This document shows positions 10,017-18,316 of a stretch of DNA of 64,000 nt, one piece after another. The notes beneath the pieces are model-generated. The model was not told where the DNA came from and did not search any database. It saw nothing but the letters and a program-made list of their open reading frames with translations. This DNA is from Actinomycetota bacterium (lineage in GTDB: Bacteria > Actinomycetota > Acidimicrobiia > Acidimicrobiales > SZUA-35): assembly GCA_039195375.1 (NCBI GenBank), contig JBCCVL010000003.1, positions 9,201-73,200 of the forward strand. The letters run 5' to 3'. Position 1 is the first letter of the stretch. Every line of letters begins with the position of its first letter. The position numbers and the translations under genes are program-made.

Positions 10017-10384
10017 AGAGACTCGCCCTCTCCACGTACGTGAGGGCTCAACCGTACCACCGGGCCGCGGACCAGGACCGGCGTTCACCCGACCGTGGGG
10101 TGATCTGCCTACACCCGCTGCGGAGGCCCGCCACCGGGGGGCGGGTCGGCCGGACCGATCGCTTCGGGCGGGCCGCCGGGGGTCCGTCACTCCGGCGCCA
10201 AGGGTGGCTATGGTGCGGCGGTCTCGTTCGCTGTCGGACGGGTCGCTCGACCCGTCCGCTGGTAGTCCGTGGAGCAACCAGATGCAATGCTCAATATTTC
10301 CCTCCCTGGATATGCGTCAGTTCCCTTACGGATGTGACTATTCTGTGGCTCTGGGTAGTGCTCTGCCGCGTCGGGAAGGTGTTC

Positions 10385-11077
10385 GTGGCCAACGTTGATC
10401 TGCAGCTGCTCGATCGAGCGCGCGAATACGACACGGTTGTCGCTCCACCGGCACCCGTGGTCATGCAGGCTCGTCCGAGCCTGTACTCGCGAATCGGCAA
10501 GCGGCCACTCGACGTCGTGCTCACCCTCGTCGGTCTCGTCGTCCTGTCGCCGGTGCTCCTGCTCATCGCCCTGCTCGTCCGGGTCAAGTTGGGCAAGGGC
10601 GGCATCATCTACCGCCAGCAGCGGGTCGGTCGGAACGGCCAGACCTTCGACATCCTCAAGTTCCGTTCGATGCTGCCGGACCGCCGGCTCAGCGTGCAGC
10701 CCTACATCGGCCCCGAGCGCCGGCAGACCCACAAGTCGGCCGACGATCCCCGCCACACGCCGTTCGGCCGCTTCCTGCGGGCCAGCAGCCTCGACGAGCT
10801 GCCACAGCTGATCAACGTGCTCAAGGGGGACATGAGCCTCATCGGGCCTCGTCCCGAGCTGGTGAAGGTGGCCGCCCGCGAGGGCTTCCTGGTCCACCCC
10901 CGCCACCTCGAGCGTCCCGGCATCACCGGGAGCTTCCAGATCTCGGAGCTCCGGGCCCAGAACCGGATCTCCGCCGGGCTTCACCTCGATGTCGCCTACG
11001 TGGCCGACATCCGGCTGGCCAGCGACACGCGGATCCTGTTCAAGACCGCCTTCGTGCTCTTCGGTCGGGGAAGTTGA
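10385..11077 (+). CDS. small bacterial sugar transferase (monotopic phosphoglycosyl transferase)
   Basis: ORF 9983..11077. KRPLDVVLTLVGLVVLSPVLLLIALLV, FDILKFRSM, DPRHTPFGRFLRASSLDELPQLINVLKGDMSLIGPRP. GTG 10385 lies 6 nt downstream of GGGAAGG. Confidence 0.85.
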   Translation: MANVDLQLLDRAREYDTVVAPPAPVVMQARPSLYSRIGKRPLDVVLTLVGLVVLSPVLLLIALLVRVKLGKGGIIYRQQRVGRNGQTFDILKFRSMLPDRRLSVQPYIGPERRQTHKSADDPRHTPFGRFLRASSLDELPQLINVLKGDMSLIGPRPELVKVAAREGFLVHPRHLERPGITGSFQISELRAQNRISAGLHLDVAYVADIRLASDTRILFKTAFVLFGRGS

Positions 11078-11667
11078 CGGACCGCTCCGGGCGGAACCGA
11101 ATACTCTTCGTCTGCACGGCCAACATCTGCCGGAGCCCAACGGCCGAGCTGCTGGCTCGCAGCCGGTTCGGTGAGGAGGCGAGCGTCTACCGGTCGGCCG
11201 GCTTTCTCGACGCCGACCAGTCGGTGCCCGCCGACCTGGTCCGGGTGCTCGGTGAGCGCGGCATCGATGCGACCGCCCACCGGAGCTACCGGCTCGACGA
11301 GGCCAGCATCGACGCAGCCCACGTCCTGTTGGTGATGGAGTCGAGCCACCTGCAGCGGGTGACCACACTCCGCCAGGAGGCGCTGGCCAAGACCGTCCCG
11401 TTGAAGGAGGCGGCGTCCGTCGTCGCCGGACTCCCGCCCGGTCCGGTCACCGTCGATGACCTGCTCGGTGAGATCAACCGGGATCGCGACCCGAGGTCCT
11501 ATCTGGGCTCCCAGTGGGACGTCGACGACCCCTACGGGCGGCGGATCAAGGTCTACCGCAGGGCGGTCGACGAGATCGACCGGCTGGTGGCGACGGTCAT
11601 CGGCCGGCTGGCCAGGCCCGCCGGCGGCGCCCCAAGCGCCGGGCAACCGTCAGCTCGATCACGCTGA
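11074..11667 (+). CDS. low-molecular-weight protein-tyrosine phosphatase
   Basis: ILFVCTANICRSPTAE (C-X5-R-S P-loop). TTG start overlaps the upstream TGA. Confidence 0.85.
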   Translation: MTDRSGRNRILFVCTANICRSPTAELLARSRFGEEASVYRSAGFLDADQSVPADLVRVLGERGIDATAHRSYRLDEASIDAAHVLLVMESSHLQRVTTLRQEALAKTVPLKEAASVVAGLPPGPVTVDDLLGEINRDRDPRSYLGSQWDVDDPYGRRIKVYRRAVDEIDRLVATVIGRLARPAGGAPSAGQPSARSR

Positions 11668-12439
11668 CGACAAACGCCGCACCGACACCGCCGGTGAACT
11701 TCGTCGTCCCACCGGCCCGACGGCCGAACACATAGCCGATCTCGGCCACCTCGGGCTCGGGCCCCCTGGCCAGGAATTCGAGCAGGATCTTGAACCCACG
11801 AGGATTGAGTTGGCCGGCCAGCTCCCCGTAGCGGTCGCGGGACACGGCGAAGAAGCCGCTCATCGGGTCGCTGACCTCGACCCCGACCGCCCGTCTGGCC
11901 AGCGCGGCGCCGAGCCGGGACACCCCGAGGCGCCATCGACCGAACGGCCCGTAGCCGCCGCCGTCGACCTCGCGCGAGCCGAGGGCGACGTCGGCACCGG
12001 CGTCGATGGCGGCAACGAGCCGAGGGATGCAGCGCTCGTCGTGCTGCAGGTCGGCATCGATCACGACGAGGACGTCGCCTCTCGCCATCGCCATCCCGGC
12101 CAGCACCGCCGAGGACAGTCCCCGGGGCCCGACCCGGCGGATGACCCGGATGCGGGCGTCCCGATCGGCCCGGTCCTGGGCGATCCGCCATGTCTCGTCG
12201 GGCGAGTCGTCGTCGACGACGATCAGCTCGAACGGCGGCGCATCCGACGCCGGGCCCATGGCCGCACCGACCCGGTCGATCAACCGCTCGATCGTGGTCG
12301 CCTCGTTGAGGGTCGGCACGACGATCGTCACCCGCGGCGACGGTGCTGTGGCCCCGGCTGAGTCCTGCGCCGCATCCCGAGCTGCGGTCGGCCTCGCACG
12401 GCTGCGCCGGCTGGCCCGGATCGTCGGTTCGACGGACAT
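11597..12439 (-). CDS. polyprenol-phosphate glycosyltransferase (GT2, Dpm1/Ppm1-like)
   Basis: VTIVVPTLNEATTIERLI, FELIVVDDDSPDETWRIA, RGLSSAVLAGMAMARGDVLVVIDADLQHD. Confidence 0.8.
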   Translation of the reverse strand: MSVEPTIRASRRSRARPTAARDAAQDSAGATAPSPRVTIVVPTLNEATTIERLIDRVGAAMGPASDAPPFELIVVDDDSPDETWRIAQDRADRDARIRVIRRVGPRGLSSAVLAGMAMARGDVLVVIDADLQHDERCIPRLVAAIDAGADVALGSREVDGGGYGPFGRWRLGVSRLGAALARRAVGVEVSDPMSGFFAVSRDRYGELAGQLNPRGFKILLEFLARGPEPEVAEIGYVFGRRAGGTTKFTGGVGAAFVVSVIELTVARRLGRRRRAWPAGR

Positions 12440-12508
12440 GGAGTCCCATCGGCCGCTCGGCGCAGATCCTGACGGCGGGCCTCGACCGGGCGCTCCGCCG
12501 GACCCTGA

Positions 12509-13207
12509 TCAGGGGCGGCGGGCCGTGAGCAACTGGGTGATGCCGCCCGAGAGCTGTTGATGCTCGACGTCGAGGAAGCCGACCTCACCGAGCAGTTCGA
12601 CCATCCGGTCTGGCGGCGGGAGGTACGAGACGGACCGGGGGAGGTAGGCGTAGGCCGATCGGTCGGACAGCAGCCCGCCAATACGAGGCACGATCGTGTT
12701 GAAGTACAGGCCGTGGCCCCAGCGGACGACGGCCCGGTCGGGTTTGGAGACGTCGAGGAGGGCGATCGAGCCGCCAGGCCGGACGACGCGGGCCAGCTCG
12801 GCGAAGAACGGTGGGAGGTCGACGAGATTGCGGAGCGCAAACCCGCAGACCGCCCCATCGACCGAGCCGTCGGCGACCGGGAGCTGCAGCAGGTCGCCCT
12901 GGACCAGCGGTGCGCCGGTCCGGGCCGAGGCCAGCATCCCGAACGAGAGGTCGACCCCGATGGGCCGGTGGCCGTCGGCGGCGAGATCGACGCAGAAGTC
13001 GCCGGTACCGCAGGCCAGGTCGAGCACCACGGAGCCGGGAGCGAGCTTCATCGACTCCCGGGCCAGCCGGCGCCAGCGCACGTCGAGCCGGAACGTCATG
13101 AGCCGGTTGACCAGGTCGTAGCGGGGGGCGATGGTGTCGAACATCGTCCGCACCGCATCCCGTTTCTCGTCGCCCTCGGGCAGGCGGTCGGTCGGCATGG
13201 CGGCCAT
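12509..13207 (-). CDS. menG: demethylmenaquinone/ubiquinone methyltransferase (UbiE/MenG)
   Basis: VRTMFDTIAPRYDLVNRLMTFRLDVRWRR and SAM motif VLDLACGTGDF. Confidence 0.85.
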   Translation of the reverse strand: MAAMPTDRLPEGDEKRDAVRTMFDTIAPRYDLVNRLMTFRLDVRWRRLARESMKLAPGSVVLDLACGTGDFCVDLAADGHRPIGVDLSFGMLASARTGAPLVQGDLLQLPVADGSVDGAVCGFALRNLVDLPPFFAELARVVRPGGSIALLDVSKPDRAVVRWGHGLYFNTIVPRIGGLLSDRSAYAYLPRSVSYLPPPDRMVELLGEVGFLDVEHQQLSGGITQLLTARRP

Positions 13208-13309
13208 GCACCGACCCTACCGGATCCGCATCGACCGACCCGGGGTCGGGCGGCCACCGCGAAGGCGGCCGCCGTTCGGAGGCTGCGGTGCACCGCCTCC
13301 GGGGGGGGG

Positions 13310-14983
13310 TCAGCAGCGATGGACGGTCGGGGGCACCCGGCCGGTGGCCAGGTAGTCGGCGACGATGCGTTCGACACAGCCGTTGCGGCCGTAGGCGATG
13401 TGGCTCGTGTCGTCGACCGTGACCAGGCCGGCCCCGTCGAGTGTCCCGGCCACCGTGACGGCGTTCTCGAGCGGTGTGGCCGGGTCGCCGGTCGTCGACA
13501 GCACGAGGACCGGTGCGATCCCCTCGGGGTCGACCGGCTCCGGGGTCTCGGTGGACCGTACGGGCCAGTGGGCGCAGGCCCGGACCTCGTTGGCCAGGAC
13601 CGCCCCGAAGCGGGGTGAGCGGCCCTCCAGCTCGGCCTCGACCCGATCCCAGGCCTCGGAGCCGGCCGGTACCGGGGTGTCGGCACAGACGACGGCGTTG
13701 TAGGCCGCCGGGTCGGCGGCCCCGCGGTAGATCCGTTCGAGAGCGACGATGCCGCCGACGTCGCCCCGCTCGGCCGCGTCGAGGGCATCGGCGATGCGGG
13801 GCCACAGCGCCTCGTCGTACAGGCTGATCAGGGTGGCGATGGCCAGCTCCGTCGGGCCGACACCGTCGATCGGGCCGTCGGTGTCGAGGCGGGCCTGGAG
13901 GCGGTCGTAGGCGGCGATGACGCCGCCGTCCGGACATCGGATGGCGATCCCGCAGGCGTCGTCGACGGCGTCGATGACCCGGTCGAATCCGTCGGCCTGT
14001 TGAGCCAGGAGCCCGGTGAGGGTCGTGGCCGGGTCGACGACGCCGTCGAGGATCATCCGCCCGACCCGTTCGGGGAACCGTTCGGCGTAGCGGAGTCCGA
14101 TCAGGGTCCCGTAGCTGAAGCCGAGGTAGCGGAGCTGTTCGTCGCCGACGGCCTGTCGCAGCAGGTCGAGGTCGGCGACGACGTCGTCGGTGGTGAGGTG
14201 GGGGAGCAGGTCGCCGTCGGTGGCCTCGCAGCGGTCGGCCAGGCCGACGGCCCAGGCGTCGAGCTCGGCCCGTTCGACGGCGTCGTCCGGGTCGAAGTCG
14301 GGGAGTGGTCCGTCGACGGGCTCGGCGCACGAGAGCGGGCCGCTCCCGCCGATGCCACGAGGGTCGAACCCGACGAGGTGGTGGTCGTCCATCGTCGCGG
14401 CGTCGAGGCGGGCGCCCGAGCGGACGTAGCCGACCCCCGAGCCCCCCGGTCCGCCCGGGTTGACGAAGATCGAGCCACGGACCCCCTCGCCGTCGGCGTC
14501 GGCGGCGGGGACCCGGACGAGGGCCAGGTCGATCGTCGGTCCGTCGGTGGTGGCGTGATCGACCGGCACGGCGACGGTGGCGCACTGGTAGCCACCGCCG
14601 CAGCCGCTCCACACGGCCGGCTCGACGGCGAACGTCGGGTCGAGGTCGAGGTCGAGGTCGACGTCGGGGTCGGGGTCGGAATCGGCCTGCTCGTCGGGTG
14701 ACGACCCGTCGGCGGCCACGGAGCGGGCCTCCTGGTCGCTCCCCGCGGGCTCGCCGGCACCGGATTGGTCAGCACCCGCCTCGTCGCCCGCGGCGACCCG
14801 CCGCTCGGCGTCCTCGGCCGTCTGGTCGGCAGCGTCCTGGTCGACCCGGTCCGCCGACGCCGTGCCGTCGCCGCCGCAGGAGGCGGCAACGAGCCCGACG
14901 GCGAGCAGCAGGCCGAGCGCCGTCCGTTGGTGCCGGCCGGGGGAGCGCCGTCGACTACTCGAACCAGATGCGCTGGTACTCAC
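13310..14983 (-). CDS. secreted alpha/beta hydrolase, tripeptidyl-aminopeptidase (TAP)-like lipoprotein
   Basis: Lipobox LVAASCGG, IFVNPGGPGGSG, nucleophile elbow GFSYGT, C-terminal TAP-like PVLVLSTTGDPATP. Confidence 0.75.
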   Translation of the reverse strand: MSTSASGSSSRRRSPGRHQRTALGLLLAVGLVAASCGGDGTASADRVDQDAADQTAEDAERRVAAGDEAGADQSGAGEPAGSDQEARSVAADGSSPDEQADSDPDPDVDLDLDLDPTFAVEPAVWSGCGGGYQCATVAVPVDHATTDGPTIDLALVRVPAADADGEGVRGSIFVNPGGPGGSGVGYVRSGARLDAATMDDHHLVGFDPRGIGGSGPLSCAEPVDGPLPDFDPDDAVERAELDAWAVGLADRCEATDGDLLPHLTTDDVVADLDLLRQAVGDEQLRYLGFSYGTLIGLRYAERFPERVGRMILDGVVDPATTLTGLLAQQADGFDRVIDAVDDACGIAIRCPDGGVIAAYDRLQARLDTDGPIDGVGPTELAIATLISLYDEALWPRIADALDAAERGDVGGIVALERIYRGAADPAAYNAVVCADTPVPAGSEAWDRVEAELEGRSPRFGAVLANEVRACAHWPVRSTETPEPVDPEGIAPVLVLSTTGDPATPLENAVTVAGTLDGAGLVTVDDTSHIAYGRNGCVERIVADYLATGRVPPTVHRC

Positions 14984-15320
14984 GGGACTGCGTGTGCAGG
15001 ACCGCCACCGCCAGGGCCACGGGGAACACCGTCCGGTTGAGGAACAGCAGGATGATCTCGAGTGGGAAGCTGCGGATGATCGAGTCGACCAGGTCGGCGA
15101 CGTCGAACAGCGCCACGATGCAGGCGCACACCGCCAGCAGCACGTAGCCCCACCGCTTGTTGTTGGCGGTCACGAAGGCACCGACGCCGAGCCCGATGAA
15201 CACCGGGAGGAGCAGGAACGACGTGCTGCCGAACAGCAGTCCGAAGAACGCGCTGAGGTAGCCAAGGAACACGGCCGCCTGGAGCGTTGGCGGGTGGGAC
15301 CGGTTCAGCCACTGATTCAT
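14955..15320 (-). CDS. small integral membrane protein (hypothetical)
   Basis: 121 aa, about 4 hydrophobic helices, strong G/C third-position bias in this frame. Overlaps the next gene's start by 29 nt. Confidence 0.6.
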   Translation of the reverse strand: MNQWLNRSHPPTLQAAVFLGYLSAFFGLLFGSTSFLLLPVFIGLGVGAFVTANNKRWGYVLLAVCACIVALFDVADLVDSIIRSFPLEIILLFLNRTVFPVALAVAVLHTQSREYQRIWFE

Positions 15321-15408
15321 AGCGTCAACAGTATGGGCCGCGACCGGGCCAAAACTGGATGCAGGGGCTGGATTTGGTCGCCGATCATCACCGGCGCCGT
15401 CCGGCCGC

Positions 15409-16530
15409 TCACCCGGGCCCCGATGCGCCGGGCTTCTGGCCGAGGGCGACCGGCGTCACCGCAGCTCCGGTGGTCGTCGGATCACCGCCGGCGACGGCCG
15501 TCGACGCCGCAGCGAGCTGCCCGCAGGCGGCGTCGATGTCGGTTCCTCGGTTGTCGCGGACGGTCACCCGGAGACCTCGGTCGCGGAGGCGGCCGACGAA
15601 GGCGTCGATCCGGTCCGGTGGCGTCCCGACCGTCGGCCAGCCGGGCGTCGGGTTGAGTGGGATGAGGTTCACGTGGGCCCTGGCGGCCCGAGCGACGTCG
15701 GCCAGTTCGTCCGCGTCCCGGTCGGTGTCGTTCGTGCCGTCGATCATCGCCCACTCGAGCGACACCCGCCGCCCGGTCCGCTCGCGGAACAGCTGGCAGG
15801 CGGCCACGAGGTCCTCGATCGGGTGGCGACGGTTGAGCGGCACCAGCTCCGTGCGGAGGTCGTCCCTGGCTGCGTGGAGCGACAGGGCGAGGCCGACCTG
15901 CAGCCCCTCCTCGGCCAGACGCAGCATCTGGGGGACGAGGCCGACGGTCGACACCGTGACGTGGCGGGCCCCGATCTCCAGGTCGGCGATGATGCGGTGC
16001 AGCGACTCGATCAGCCGGTCGTAGTTGGCCAGCGGTTCACCCATGCCCATGAACACGACGTTGAGTCGACCGCCCGGCGCGGCCCGCCTGGCTGCCACGA
16101 CCTGCTCGAGGATCTCGCCGACCGACAGGTTGCGGCGGTACCCGGCCTGACCGGTTGCGCAGAAACCGCAGCCCATGGCGCAGCCGGCCTGACTCGACAC
16201 GCAGACGGTCGACCGCTCCCGGTAGTGCATCAGGACCGATTCGATCCGGTCGCCGTCCGGCAGCGCCCACAGCCACTTGGCGGTCCGCCCGTCGTCGGCC
16301 GACCGCTCGACGACCGGCGACAGCGCCGGCGCCACCCGTTCGGCCAGCTCGGCCCGGAGCGACTTCGGCAGGTTCGTCTGGTCGGCCGGCGGCGCCCCGA
16401 CGCGGTAGAGGCCGTGCCAGAGCTGGTCGAGCCGGTAACGGGGCTGGTCGGCCAAGGCCTCCCGGTACCACGCCTTGTCCGGTGTCCAGGGTGACTGCGG
16501 GTCGGCGGTGGTCGTGACCGGAACGGTCAT
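15409..16530 (-). CDS. rlmN: 23S rRNA (adenine2503-C2)-methyltransferase, radical SAM
   Basis: ORF 15409..17025 trimmed to ATG 16530 (MTVPVTT...). CVSSQAGCAMGCGFCATGQ radical-SAM cluster. The upstream part of the ORF is antisense to mshD. Confidence 0.9.
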   Translation of the reverse strand: MTVPVTTTADPQSPWTPDKAWYREALADQPRYRLDQLWHGLYRVGAPPADQTNLPKSLRAELAERVAPALSPVVERSADDGRTAKWLWALPDGDRIESVLMHYRERSTVCVSSQAGCAMGCGFCATGQAGYRRNLSVGEILEQVVAARRAAPGGRLNVVFMGMGEPLANYDRLIESLHRIIADLEIGARHVTVSTVGLVPQMLRLAEEGLQVGLALSLHAARDDLRTELVPLNRRHPIEDLVAACQLFRERTGRRVSLEWAMIDGTNDTDRDADELADVARAARAHVNLIPLNPTPGWPTVGTPPDRIDAFVGRLRDRGLRVTVRDNRGTDIDAACGQLAAASTAVAGGDPTTTGAAVTPVALGQKPGASGPG

Positions 16531-17525
16531 GATCGTCGCAGCCGGCGCCACGCCCGGTCGGTGCGGTGATGGCGGTAGCCCAACCGGTGGTAGGTGCGGA
16601 GCGCCGGCTCGTTGTCGGCCTCGACGTAGAGCATCCCGGTGGTCAGACCCTGCTCGGCCAACCACGCGAGGCCGGCGGCGGTCATCGGCGCTCCCAGCCC
16701 CGTGCCGTGGTGGTCCGGGTCGATGCCGATGGCGTAGATCTCGCCGAGTGGGGGCTCGCCGGCCGCGGTCGGCTGATGGATCTTCGTCCAGCAGAAGCCG
16801 GCGAGGACCCCGGGCTGTCCCGGGTCGTCGAGGAGCCGGATCCCGTCCTGGTCGAACCAGGGCTTGGCCGCCTCGGCCGCGATGCGCTCCCTGGTCATCC
16901 CGCCCTGGTCCGGGTGGGCGGCGAAGGCCCGATTGTTGACCCGGATCAGGGCGTCCTCGTCGTGCCCCAGTCGGAACGGACGGCTCGCCACCGGTTCGAC
17001 GCCGACATCGATGGGCAGCGCACAACGGAGCTGGTGGAGGGCTCGGGCCTCGACGAGACCGTTGCGCTCGGCCAGCCGACGATGCCAGGGCCTGGCCGGG
17101 GTCCCCCAGAGCTCGACCGCCTCGGCCCCGGACGCCTCGACACGGGCCTGGATGGCGGCAAACAGCCGGTCGGCCACCTCGTCCGAGCTCGCCGGGTCCG
17201 GGTCACCGGCGTCGTCGTGTGCCACCTCGGCCGGTTCGACCCCGATCGCGGTGCCCTCGTCGATGAGGCCGTTGAGCTGGAATCGGCCCCGATCGACCGC
17301 ACCGCCGAGGTACCCGACGGGACGATCGTCGACCAGTGCGACGGCGGCAACGAGATCGCCTGGCGGCCAGTCCCCATCGAAGCGGTCGTCGCGCAGGGGG
17401 GCGGACAGGGACCGCTCGAGGAGCTGGCGGCCCCAGGAGGCCAGCTCGACCGACGACGGATCGTCGCTCGCATCGGCGCCGCCGACGACATGGACGACCA
17501 CCGATCCTGACCCTGCGCTGCTCAC
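16527..17525 (-). CDS. mshD: mycothiol synthase (two-GNAT-domain acetyltransferase)
   Basis: GFCWTKIH...LGEIYAIGIDPDHHGTGLG...GMLYVEADNEPALRTYHRLGY matches the conserved C-terminal GNAT of MshD. Stop overlaps the rlmN start (ATGA). Confidence 0.8.
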   Translation of the reverse strand: MSSAGSGSVVVHVVGGADASDDPSSVELASWGRQLLERSLSAPLRDDRFDGDWPPGDLVAAVALVDDRPVGYLGGAVDRGRFQLNGLIDEGTAIGVEPAEVAHDDAGDPDPASSDEVADRLFAAIQARVEASGAEAVELWGTPARPWHRRLAERNGLVEARALHQLRCALPIDVGVEPVASRPFRLGHDEDALIRVNNRAFAAHPDQGGMTRERIAAEAAKPWFDQDGIRLLDDPGQPGVLAGFCWTKIHQPTAAGEPPLGEIYAIGIDPDHHGTGLGAPMTAAGLAWLAEQGLTTGMLYVEADNEPALRTYHRLGYRHHRTDRAWRRLRRS

Positions 17526-17724
17526 ACTCCCACGCTACTGGCACCGCCGGCGCCCGCCTGCCGTGGACCCGGCGCCCACCGCCGCTTCCGGTTCCCCGGC
17601 CGACGACCGGCGGGGTCGGCGCCTGGATCTGCTTGGTCGCGTATTGTTCTCAATACAGGACCAGCCTTGTCGACTTTTTCGTGGAAATCACCCACGACAA
17701 CGTCCGGCTGAATTAGTGTTTTGG

Positions 17725-17822
17725 TCAACCAGGTTCCCGCCACCTGGTAGCAGCAAGTACGGGGATCCGCCGCCCCTGCTTGCGCCGCCGGCGCCCCGTT
17801 CTCGGGGCGCCGGCGTTGTTTT
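17725..17822 (+). ncRNA. candidate small RNA, 6C-like (two C-rich-loop hairpins + intrinsic terminator)
   Basis: Hairpin 1: ACCAGGU (17728-34) / loop UCCCGCC / ACCUGGU (17742-48). Hairpin 2: GCAAG-UAC-GGGG (17753-64) / loop AUCCGCCG / CCCC-UG-CUUGC (17773-83). Terminator: 12-bp GC stem 17787-98/17803-14, then GUUGUUUU. No + strand ORF precedes it. The 5' end is a guess. Confidence 0.4.
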
Positions 17823-17972
17823 GCCAGGTCAGCCGTGATGCGAGGTGCACCCTCAGGGGACCGGCGCCGACTCGGCCGTTTGTCGATGCAGTGGAATCGA
17901 TGGCGCTGCTTTCGCTTTGATTCGAATGAATGAACCCGTTGTGGATCGTTCTTTGTCGGACGGAGAGCGACG

Positions 17973-18206
17973 TCAGCCTCGGCGCGACGCCCGTCGAAGG
18001 AGCTTCTCCAGCCGGCGGTTCGCAGTGAGGAGCTGGCGCTCGACCTCGAGCAATTCGCCCCGCTCGTCGTCGTCTTCGTCCGCCTGCGCAGCGAGCTGGC
18101 CGAGCCGCGACGTGAGATCGTCGAGCGTGGCCGAGAGCGAGCTGAGTGCGGTGGCGTCGATTGGCATCGTCACATCCGGGTCGGGGAGGTTCGGGCGTCG
18201 GCCCAT
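17973..18206 (-). CDS. small acidic coiled-coil protein (hypothetical)
   Basis: 77 aa (or 64 aa from ATG 18167). G/C-rich third positions in this frame. LSATLDDLTSRLGQLAAQADEDDDERGELLEVERQLL. No family recognised. Confidence 0.45.
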   Translation of the reverse strand: MGRRPNLPDPDVTMPIDATALSSLSATLDDLTSRLGQLAAQADEDDDERGELLEVERQLLTANRRLEKLLRRASRRG

Positions 18207-18316
18207 CGAAATGGCGTCGGGGGCTCGGACGGCCCACGCTACCGTCGGAGGTCCAACGGCCCGGCTCGGGCCGCAGGGGCCCGGTCCGCCGGGTCGGCGA
18301 GAGAGAGGACCCTCCG

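Noticed and set aside
13277-13301. Imperfect palindrome cggaggctgcggtgcaccgcctccg after the hydrolase gene as a terminator
   Set aside because: A hairpin is plausible, but there is no U-tract on the relevant (minus) strand. Support is too weak to annotate it.
12585-14612. 675-aa Arg/Pro-rich minus-strand ORF
   Set aside because: It is an out-of-frame overlap of the menG and alpha/beta-hydrolase genes on the same strand. Its composition (poly-R/P) is what the wrong frame of GC-rich coding DNA gives, and it contains no motifs.
16531-17025. N-terminal extension of the rlmN ORF, plus similar extensions of the fabG (to 45523), fabF (to 43790), sigH (to 38880) and sugar-transferase (to 10277) ORFs
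   Set aside because: Each extension overlaps a better-supported neighbouring gene or uses atypical A/T-ending codons and lacks homology. Internal starts with SD-like sequences or ATGA/GTGA coupling fit better.
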